Positions 19,605 through 26,985 of a stretch of 47,301 bases of DNA are shown piece after piece. Below the pieces are notes generated by a model that saw only the letters and a program-made list of their open reading frames with translations, was not told where the DNA came from and did no database searches. The position numbers and the translations under genes were made by a program. The DNA is taken from contig JANOAV010000197.1 of NCBI GenBank assembly GCA_031411295.1, positions 1 to 47,301 on the forward strand. The letters are read 5' to 3'. The DNA is from Verrucomicrobiales bacterium (GTDB lineage: Bacteria; Verrucomicrobiota; Verrucomicrobiia; Verrucomicrobiales; V1-33). Positions within the stretch are counted from its first letter, which is position 1. Each line of letters opens with the position of its first letter.

Positions 19605-20033
19605 ATGACGCCATCTCCCCTGCACGCCCTACCTCACGGCCCGGAATTCCGCTTCGTCGATCTCGTGACGCAGTTGGAGCCCGGAGTCTCGGCCACCGCT
19701 GAGTTTACCCTCAAAGGCAGCGAGGAATTCCTCCGCGGTCATTTTCCCGGTCAACCAATCTTCCCCGGCGTGCTGATGATCGAAGCCATCGCCCAACTGG
19801 CAGGCATTGCCGCCCAGTGTGATCCTGTGCATCCCACTCTGGCGAACCTCCGCCTAACCGCCGTCCGCAGCGTGAAAATCCTCGGCTCCGTGGGCCCACA
19901 GGAAACGATGACCATTGCCGTAAAAATCGTCGGGCGACTGGGAAATCTCATCTCCGCCGAAGGCAGCGTGGATTGTGGCGCACAAATTCTGTGCCAGGGC
20001 CAAGTGACGCTCTCGGGGGATGCTCCCAGCTAG
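19605..20033 (+). CDS. FabZ/FabA-family 3-hydroxyacyl-ACP dehydratase
   Basis: LPHGPEFRFVD and FLRGHFPGQPIFPGVLMIEAIAQ hot-dog fold motifs. Confidence 0.88.
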   Translation: MTPSPLHALPHGPEFRFVDLVTQLEPGVSATAEFTLKGSEEFLRGHFPGQPIFPGVLMIEAIAQLAGIAAQCDPVHPTLANLRLTAVRSVKILGSVGPQETMTIAVKIVGRLGNLISAEGSVDCGAQILCQGQVTLSGDAPS

Positions 20034-20209
20034 GCGCAGAGCGAGCATGCTGCAAGCGAGTGTGGAGCTGTCCGCTGGACTGCTCCGAGGGGCCACATGA
20101 GCCGTCCGTTAGACTGATCCCACCCCGGAGTTGCTTAACTGCTGACTTTCCCCATGGCGTTGTGCGGCTGCCAGCTTGGAATGGTCGATTGTTCGCCACT
20201 CTCGACCTA

Positions 20210-21328
20210 TCAAGGAAGCTTCCGCGAAACACTGATGTGACCAGCGTTGAGCCGATGCGCCTCAAAAGTAGTCTGCGTGTCGTCGGTAGGAGATTTTGTC
20301 AGGAAAACATCCTTGGCCGTGGCTTTGGCTCCGTTGAAGACCACGGCAAAATTTGCTTTGTCCCCCGCCAACCAAGACCAGCGGCCCACTTTTTGGCCGC
20401 CTCGGTTAGCGATAATTCCTCCAGGTTGAAATGTAATTTCTTGATTCTCCCACATCCATTTACCTTTCAGTTTGCCCACTGAACCCGAAAGCTGCTCCGC
20501 CTGGATTTCCAAGGTATGAACTTTGGTCACTACCTGGGCCATTTCATCTGCTGACATTTGCTTCGCCTTGTCCAGCAACCAGTTGATCACACGTTGCCGC
20601 TGCGTTGCGAGTTCGGCGGACAGCGCTTGGCGCTGGGTGGTTTCTGCTGTGTTGAGGTTGGCCACCGCTGGATCAGGTGCAACGAGCTTTGATGCAGTCT
20701 GTTTCTCCATGTTGAAGCGTTGGTTCCCATTGTTGATCCCTAAGATGTTTGTGGGACTTTCAAGCCAATATAAATCCCCATTCTTTGGCTTCTCCGAAAG
20801 GAATACGCCTGCCTCCGCATCAACCCAACGCCAATTGTTAGTTGTGCCTGTCTGCAGCACGTCAATTCCAGTCGGAGCGAATGAGTGCGTGGAAGGGGTG
20901 CGCTTGATGCCCCATTTACCAATCACAGAAGCAAGCATGGTTGAACCAGTTGAACCACCCCCACTGGATATCAACAAGGGAGCCTCTGGAGCCGACCGTT
21001 TAATGCGCTCAGACTCGGCCAGCAGGGCTCCGCGGCCCTCGGGGGTGGCAGTGAGGGATTTTTTCAACAACATTTCCATCAGGACCTTGCGCCCGGCTGT
21101 CGTGTCGACCTTCTGTTTCTCAGTGCGTGTTTGCTCGTAATTCTTCCACTTCTCCAGCATGGCTTCGGCTTCCGTGGGAGTCTTCACGGGAGGGGGGACC
21201 ACCGGGGCCTGCTTCACATCCGCACGAATGAAGTTAAAGAAGTCGTCGTCACTAACGGTTGAATCAGCATGACAGGTCGTGGCCAGGAACATGCAGAAAG
21301 TGATTCGGTGGAGGAAGTGTAATCTCAT
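20210..21328 (-). CDS. Secreted hypothetical protein, paralog A of tandem pair
   Basis: Signal peptide and a near-identical N-terminus to 21491..22600. Start set at MRLH by homology. Confidence 0.8.
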   Translation of the reverse strand: MRLHFLHRITFCMFLATTCHADSTVSDDDFFNFIRADVKQAPVVPPPVKTPTEAEAMLEKWKNYEQTRTEKQKVDTTAGRKVLMEMLLKKSLTATPEGRGALLAESERIKRSAPEAPLLISSGGGSTGSTMLASVIGKWGIKRTPSTHSFAPTGIDVLQTGTTNNWRWVDAEAGVFLSEKPKNGDLYWLESPTNILGINNGNQRFNMEKQTASKLVAPDPAVANLNTAETTQRQALSAELATQRQRVINWLLDKAKQMSADEMAQVVTKVHTLEIQAEQLSGSVGKLKGKWMWENQEITFQPGGIIANRGGQKVGRWSWLAGDKANFAVVFNGAKATAKDVFLTKSPTDDTQTTFEAHRLNAGHISVSRKLP

Positions 21329-21490
21329 AATGTTGGGGATCGTGCCCCAAGTCTTGGAGGTTGTCAAAGTTTCTAGCGAGGGGGCCATTGTAACTACACG
21401 CCATGGGAAAGCGGAGATAGCTCAAGGTAAACAAAATGCAGCACTGTTTAAACAACTGCAAGAAACCAAGGCCTTCGAGGACCGGAATAT

Positions 21491-22600
21491 TCAAGGCAAC
21501 TTCCGCGTCACACTAATGTGGCCAGAGTTAAGCTGATGCGCCTCAAAAGTAGTCTGACTGTCTTCGGCGGGAGATTTCAGCACATAGATATCCTTGGCCG
21601 TGGCTTTTGCTCCTTTGAAGATTACGGCAAAACTCGTCTTATTCCGTCCGAGCCACGCCCAACGCCCAACTTTTTGTGCGTTTCGATTGGCGATGACGCC
21701 TCCAGCTTGAAATGTGATTTCTTGATTCTCCCACACCCATTTGCCTTTTAATTTGGCAGCAGAGTCGGACTGTTCTTCCCCTGCGATTTCTAAGAAATGA
21801 ACTTTGCCAACCACTTGGACCATTTCATCTGCGGACATTAGCTTCGCCTTGTCCAGCAGCCAGTTGATGACACGCTGCCGCTGGGCACCCAACTCGGCGG
21901 CCAGGGCTTGGCGCTGGGTGGATTCTGCACTGTTGAGGTTTAGGACCGCTGTGTCAGGAGTGATCGCCTTTGGCGCGACCTTTTTCTCCATGTTGAACCG
22001 TTGATTGCTGGAACTTATCCCCACCATTCCAGTTGGCTTCTCAAGCCAAAAGAGATTCCAAAACTTAGGCTCCTCTGAAACAAGGACGACAGCTTCCATA
22101 TCCAGCCAGCGCCATCCTGCGGGAGGACTGCCTTCGGCTTGATCTATTCCAGACGGGAATATTTCATGGTAGCCTTTCACTTGCTTTATGATCCATTTCC
22201 CCAATACCGCAGACATTTTGTTGAAATTGGCGCCTTCTATCATCACCAACGGAGCCTCTGGGGCCAATCCTTTGATTCGCTCAGACTCCGCCAGCAGGGC
22301 TCCGCGGGCCTCGGGGGTGGCAGTGAGGGATTTTTTCAACAACATTTCCATCAGGACCTTGCGCCCGGCTGTCGTGTCGGTCTTTTGTTTCTCGGTGCGG
22401 GTTTGCTCGTAATTCTTCCACTTCTCCAGCATGGCCTCGGCTTCCGTGGGAGTCTTCACAGGAGGCGGAGCTACCGGAGCCTTTTTCACATCCGCACGAA
22501 TGAAGTTAAAAAAGTCGTCATCACTAACTGTTGAATCAGCACGACAGGCCGTGGCCAGTAAGATGCAGAAAGTGATCCCGTGGATGCAGTGTAATCTCAT
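21491..22600 (-). CDS. Secreted hypothetical protein, paralog B of tandem pair
   Basis: 369-aa ORF colinear with paralog A. Upstream DNA is also duplicated. Confidence 0.8.
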   Translation of the reverse strand: MRLHCIHGITFCILLATACRADSTVSDDDFFNFIRADVKKAPVAPPPVKTPTEAEAMLEKWKNYEQTRTEKQKTDTTAGRKVLMEMLLKKSLTATPEARGALLAESERIKGLAPEAPLVMIEGANFNKMSAVLGKWIIKQVKGYHEIFPSGIDQAEGSPPAGWRWLDMEAVVLVSEEPKFWNLFWLEKPTGMVGISSSNQRFNMEKKVAPKAITPDTAVLNLNSAESTQRQALAAELGAQRQRVINWLLDKAKLMSADEMVQVVGKVHFLEIAGEEQSDSAAKLKGKWVWENQEITFQAGGVIANRNAQKVGRWAWLGRNKTSFAVIFKGAKATAKDIYVLKSPAEDSQTTFEAHQLNSGHISVTRKLP

Positions 22601-22683
22601 AATGCTGGGGATCGTGCCCCAAGTCTGTCACATTGTCAAAAGGTCTGGCGAGGGGTTTTACTTACATTTACCGGATAAATCAC

Positions 22684-22717
22684 AAACGTGGTGCAAGCCG
22701 AAGCCTGCACCACGTTT
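22684..22717 (-). terminator. Terminator-like hairpin with UUCG tetraloop
   Basis: Minus strand AAACGTGGTGCAGGC-TTCG-GCTTGCACCACGTTT: 15-bp stem with one G-U pair, 33 bp after the stop of 22751..23647. Confidence 0.7.
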
Positions 22718-22750
22718 CGATTCATGCAGTGAGTCAGGCGCAGCCGTCTG

Positions 22751-23647
22751 CTAGCCGCCGACGGTGACTGCGATCTCAGCACTCCATTGGCCGACTTGCT
22801 GGTCGCCCACGCGGTAGATGGCGCGGTATTTCCATTGGGCTAGCGTGGCGGGATGCGCGGCGGTGTCCGTGTAGCCCGGCGTAGTGTCGAAGGTTAGGAT
22901 GGTCCAACCGTTGCCGCGATTCACTTGAAGCTCGCACATGTCCAGCCACTTGCCGTAGCCCTGCCAATTCCAGTCGATGTTCACCACGCCACCGCTGAGG
23001 CTGGCTTTGAGCACTGGGGCCAGGGTGACGAAATCCGGTCCGGTGTCTTCCCGACCGATGATTTGCAGGTCCTGGCCGATGCTTTCGCTATAGGTGGCGC
23101 TAACTTTGATGTCCTGCACCGTGGCGAAGATCCGATCCAGCGCTCCGGCGGGTCGGGCCACGACGGCTGGCAGCGGTGGCACGGCGGCGGGATCGGCCGT
23201 GGGCAGGGGTGGCGGCAGGTGCGGCGGCAGCACGTAAGCTCCGGGCGCAGTGCCGAAGAGCACTTCCTGCACCGCCTGAGTGTCCGCCTTGGCGTGTGCC
23301 CGCTCGTTGGGCAGCCAAGAGCCGAGCACGTAGATGATCCAGCGGGCATCCGCCACGTTGTCGGCACAGACGGGGGTGGTAATGCCCAGGGCGGGGCTGT
23401 GGCCCTGAAGCTTGTTCCAGTAGTTGGCCAGCCAGGCGAGTTGATCGTTCAGGGCGGATGGGTAGTAGGTATTGTGTTTCATCTGTTTGGTTGTTTTGGT
23501 TTTGGGTTTAGGTGGGGGCGGATGCAAAGGCGGGGTGTAACCGGGGTCCCCCGGTTCCAAGACGAAACCCCATCTAACGTTCGGGGAGTCATACGTATAA
23601 GGCAGGCCGGTATCGGGATCCGAGCTATCCCAGTAGAGTGGTTTCAT
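22751..23647 (-). CDS. Hypothetical protein: helical N-domain, Pro-rich linker, FN3/Ig-like beta-sandwich C-domain
   Basis: 298-aa ORF with host-like codon use. C-terminus VNIDWNW...LQVNRG..W...DT.PGYTD...WKYRAIY...GQWS resembles fibronectin-III-like modules. Alternative start at 23482 (MKHNTYYP). Confidence 0.75.
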   Translation of the reverse strand: MKPLYWDSSDPDTGLPYTYDSPNVRWGFVLEPGDPGYTPPLHPPPPKPKTKTTKQMKHNTYYPSALNDQLAWLANYWNKLQGHSPALGITTPVCADNVADARWIIYVLGSWLPNERAHAKADTQAVQEVLFGTAPGAYVLPPHLPPPLPTADPAAVPPLPAVVARPAGALDRIFATVQDIKVSATYSESIGQDLQIIGREDTGPDFVTLAPVLKASLSGGVVNIDWNWQGYGKWLDMCELQVNRGNGWTILTFDTTPGYTDTAAHPATLAQWKYRAIYRVGDQQVGQWSAEIAVTVGG

Positions 23648-23699
23648 GGCAGTGCGATGGTGGTTGGTGGGTGCATTTTCCGTCGGAAATCAAGCGTTT

Positions 23700-23993
23700 G
23701 GGGCGCGCCCCGCGCTCTGCGGGGCGGATTTTCTGCGCCGCGGGGCGCACCTCCAGCAGCCCGGGGCGCACCCCATGGCCCACGGGGCGGCCATTCTGTT
23801 CCGTGGGGTGCACGCCGCCTTCCCCGGGGCGCGCCTCGCACGCTGCGGGGCGGACTTTCTGCGCTGCGGGGTGCGCCCCGCAGAGAATGGGGCGCACCCC
23901 ATGGAGCACGGGGCGCGCCCCGTAGAGCAGCTCGGCCACCCCGCGGAGCAGTTTGCTCGCCCCATAAGGCAATTCGGTCGCCCCCGAACCGGA
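23700..23993. repeat. Phased 21-bp tandem array (11 GGGGYG-core units plus 3 degenerate units)
   Basis: Units start at 23700, 23721, 23742, 23763, 23784, 23805, 23826, 23847, 23868, 23889 and 23910, each with GGGG(C/T)G. Units at 23931, 23952 and 23973 keep only the CCCC half in phase. Core consensus GGGGCGCRCCCC is palindromic. Confidence 0.92.
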
Positions 23994-24145
23994 ACAGTCA
24001 CCCAACAACATTTCCCCGCCGCCGCTGCCGGAGAGAATGGCAGCGGTGTCCTCTAAAAGCGACAATCTGAATGGCTGGTGGTTCATGGCATGAAGCAGGG
24101 GAATGCAACATGCGGAACGAAAATGAACGGGTCAGGAATTGCCGC

Positions 24146-24174
24146 GTTTTACCCAAACTCCCCGCAGGCGTCAA
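24146..24174 (-). promoter_or_regulatory. Putative sigma70 promoter reading leftward through the 21-bp array
   Basis: Minus strand TTGACG (24174-24169), 17-bp spacer, TAAAAC (24151-24146). Confidence 0.4.
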
Positions 24175-24430
24175 TTCTTTTTTGGGGCCCATTGGCACCA
24201 AGGTCAAGCTACTGGTAGCATTAGCTTGCAAGCTGATGGGTTTTCGTTGAGGGATTCTACGTTCTAAGATCCTACGCTTCCAAATTCGTCACCGAAAACT
24301 CATGCTTCACGTTAATACTCCCAAAAATGGACCGCTTGGCTTTAGCCTTGCGTCGCTTCATTTTGAAAACACTGGGGCGCGTCATGGCTCACTTGCAGGC
24401 GGAACCACAACCATCCTCACGGCTTAAATT

Positions 24431-24913
24431 ATGGGTGCTGCTGACGGATCACTTTCTTGGGATTTAGAGCAGATCGCTACTGCCCTCAAAATCAGTGCCG
24501 AGTCCGTGCGAGAATATTTTACCGATGGCCGCCGGGTGTCCTTTATTCTGGAACGTCGCATCGCCAATGAAGTCTTGAACGCCACCCTGGCGAAGAGCGA
24601 AGGAGCAGGCTATGACCTAGTGGACGAGATCGGAGACAAGTGGGAAGTCCGCAGCATTTCCGGTGGAGGGGTCTATTTCTGCCCCAGCTACATGGTTGGC
24701 TCTGGAAGATCGTTCCATGAGCAAGGCTTTCTGGAAAAACTTCAGGAAATCAAAGGCTACATCCTGACCGATATCACTTCATTTCCCGATGTGCCCTTCT
24801 GGATTGTTAAATCAGAGGTGGTCAAAGGCTGGTGGGAGGCCCGCTCGCTCGGATCGACCACGAAGGTCTCACGCACTGCCGTTCTGAAACTTTTAAATCA
24901 ACTTGGATCATGA
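24431..24913 (+). CDS. Putative small type II restriction endonuclease (PD-(D/E)xK-like)
   Basis: E...GAGYDLVD..GDKWEVRS fits a PD-(D/E)xK-type core with R at the K position. ATGA overlap with the following DNA methyltransferase. Confidence 0.55.
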   Translation: MGAADGSLSWDLEQIATALKISAESVREYFTDGRRVSFILERRIANEVLNATLAKSEGAGYDLVDEIGDKWEVRSISGGGVYFCPSYMVGSGRSFHEQGFLEKLQEIKGYILTDITSFPDVPFWIVKSEVVKGWWEARSLGSTTKVSRTAVLKLLNQLGS

Positions 24914-26187
24914 TTGCCGCGCCCCGCCAGCAATTGAAAAAGCCTCGACCTCTGGATCGTGGTCCAATCCTGCATCGTGAGCTTTCGGCATTTAACGATT
25001 TCGCAACCAATACCGTTGTCGAAACGTTGGCCGACAGCAAACAACGATTCGGCATCGGCATTCCAGTTTATCTCAATGAATTCTGGACGGCCAAGCAGCG
25101 CGCCGCGAATCGGCTGCACGAAGTCTCCTATCGCGCTTGTTTCAAGCCGCAGCTCCCCCGCTTCTTTATTGAGCGACTAACGAAGCCAGGGGATGTCGTC
25201 TATGATCCCTTTATGGGACGCGGCACCACCCTCCTTGAGGCGGCATTGCTGCATCGAGTTCCGGTGGGTTGCGATGCCAACCCGCTTTGTAAAAAACTGA
25301 TCGCCCCCCGGCTTCAACCACCCACGCTGGAACAGGTGAGCCAGCGGCTGGCAGCCATTGAGTTCTATGGCAACGGTGCTGTCTGGGAAGATCTGTTGGT
25401 CTTCTACCATCCCGAGACTCTACGCCAACTCTATGCTCTCAGGTCTTATCTTGTTGCACGTGAGTCGAGCGGGACCTTCGATTCCATCGATGCGTGGATT
25501 CAGATGGTCGCCATCAATCGGCTTACCGGACACTCGAAAGGCTTCTTCTCCGTTTACACTCTCCCTCCGAACCAAGCCGTCACGGTCGCCTCGCAACGAA
25601 AAATCAACGCGCGCTTGCAGCAGCAGCCGGAATTCCGCTCCGTGCCAGACCTAATTCTCGCCAAAACCAAGAGTCTCCTGCGCGACTTCACTCCAGCGCT
25701 TCGCAACCAGCTCTCCGCTGTTTCAGCCCACGCCCAAATCATCTCCGGAAACTGCGAACGCGTGCCCGCACTGGCCGATAACAGCATCAACCTCGTGGTG
25801 ACATCCCCTCCTTTCCTCAACATCGTCGACTATGCCGCCGACAACTGGCTGCGGTGCTGGTTCATTGGCATGGAGGCGAATTCTGTCCAACTCGACATCC
25901 AGACGAAACTCGACGGGTGGGAATCCGCCATGAGCCGCGCCCTCCAGGAAATGCACCGCGTGCTTCGTCCCGGTGGCTGGATCGCTTTCGAAGTGGGCGA
26001 ACTCCAGCGGGGCAAAGTCCGACTGGAAGAATACGTCATTCCGGCCGGCATTAACGCAGGCCTCACTCCCGTGCTAGTCCTCATCAACAGCCAGACCTTC
26101 ACCAAAACCGCCAACTGCTGGGGCGTCAGCAACAACGATCTCGGGACCAATACCAATCGGGTGGTGGTGTTTCAGAAGCTGGATTGA
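24910..26187 (+). CDS. DNA amino-methyltransferase (probably N4-cytosine, alpha-type motif order)
   Basis: Motif I VYDPFMGRGTT precedes catalytic motif IV VVTSPPF, with RVLRPGG downstream. Start ATG 24910 overlaps the upstream stop. Confidence 0.9.
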   Translation: MIAAPRQQLKKPRPLDRGPILHRELSAFNDFATNTVVETLADSKQRFGIGIPVYLNEFWTAKQRAANRLHEVSYRACFKPQLPRFFIERLTKPGDVVYDPFMGRGTTLLEAALLHRVPVGCDANPLCKKLIAPRLQPPTLEQVSQRLAAIEFYGNGAVWEDLLVFYHPETLRQLYALRSYLVARESSGTFDSIDAWIQMVAINRLTGHSKGFFSVYTLPPNQAVTVASQRKINARLQQQPEFRSVPDLILAKTKSLLRDFTPALRNQLSAVSAHAQIISGNCERVPALADNSINLVVTSPPFLNIVDYAADNWLRCWFIGMEANSVQLDIQTKLDGWESAMSRALQEMHRVLRPGGWIAFEVGELQRGKVRLEEYVIPAGINAGLTPVLVLINSQTFTKTANCWGVSNNDLGTNTNRVVVFQKLD

Positions 26188-26460
26188 ACTTTCCTTACGC
26201 TTATAACCATAAGACATCGTGGGGCAATTCACAGGCAAACTATCGACAACATTGGCTTGCAGGAACGAGGATTCCATTTAAGAGTTACTGACGTTGGTAA
26301 TCATTAGCCTGCACACCCCAAGGACCATATGAACAAAAGAATCGGTAGACGTTTGGAATTACGAAACCATGGCTGAAGAGTCCTCTCAGTGCGAAAAGCC
26401 GACTAGCTTTGACAAACGGAAGCGATCAGCTACCACCAAATCTAGTAAACACACTCACTA

Positions 26461-26985
26461 ATGCCAAATCATTTGCCATCAGAACGCTTAAATCGCGTTG
26501 CAACGATTCTCAAGGATACAGCCGCAACGTGGGAGGAGGGAGTATCTTTGGAGCGTGAATCCGGAGTCTCTATTCAACAGATCTTAATAAGGGTCGCTGT
26601 TGGGAGATGGCGCTTGGCTGATTCATTTAGAAAACAAGCGAACAAGTTAGTGAGTGGAGCGCACCCTCTTTACCGAAGCGCAATAAGTCGGTATTATTAT
26701 AGCATGTATCATGCGGTTAGGGCATGCGTATACCTCGAAACCAAAGGGGATGATTATCAGCAACACAGTGAACTTCCCAAACACATACCACCAACCCTCG
26801 ATCCAGCGGTTAATTGGCGCGCCAAGCTCAAGAATGCCAGACTAACGAGGAACAGTGCAGATTATGACGCCTTTCCTCAGACAGAAAGAGCCTGGAAAAC
26901 TAAAGCCGTCGACCTCAGCGCGGATGCAACGGCACTGATGGCTGTTACTAAACAATTTTTGATTAACAAAGGATGCTCACTATGA
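26461..26985 (+). CDS. HEPN domain protein (UPF0332/COG1895-like)
   Basis: SAISRYYYSMYHAVRA, an H-containing loop (QQHSEL) and RNSADY (R-x4-Y), in a helical protein. Confidence 0.8.
   Translation: MPNHLPSERLNRVATILKDTAATWEEGVSLERESGVSIQQILIRVAVGRWRLADSFRKQANKLVSGAHPLYRSAISRYYYSMYHAVRACVYLETKGDDYQQHSELPKHIPPTLDPAVNWRAKLKNARLTRNSADYDAFPQTERAWKTKAVDLSADATALMAVTKQFLINKGCSL

Larger units (their letters stand above)
20210..22655. repeat. Tandem gene duplication (about 1.2-kb units including promoter region)
   Basis: Shared blocks, e.g. GGGGATCGTGCCCCAAGTCT and TTGTCAAA upstream of both starts, plus long near-identical coding stretches (about 21015-21260 vs 22285-22530). Confidence 0.9.

Noticed and set aside
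20210..22600. Diversity-generating retroelement explanation for the paralog variability
   Set aside because: No reverse transcriptase, differences include indels and are not adenine-specific, and both copies are full genes.
23700..23993. CRISPR array interpretation of the 21-bp repeats
   Set aside because: The period is only 21 bp with a 6-12 bp conserved core, there are no 25-40 bp unique spacers, and no cas genes are in the window.
22925..24086. Overlapping ORFs across the array (22925..24070+, 23646..24056+, 23625..24086-, 23690..24001- and others) as genuine CDSs
   Set aside because: Open frames are expected from a stop-free GC-rich repeat with a period divisible by 3, and there is no synonymous variation. 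The minus-strand 153-aa ORF cannot be fully excluded but is not supported enough to call.
26188..26460. Retron msr/msd or other structured ncRNA upstream of the HEPN gene
   Set aside because: No reverse transcriptase nearby and no long flanking inverted repeats seen.
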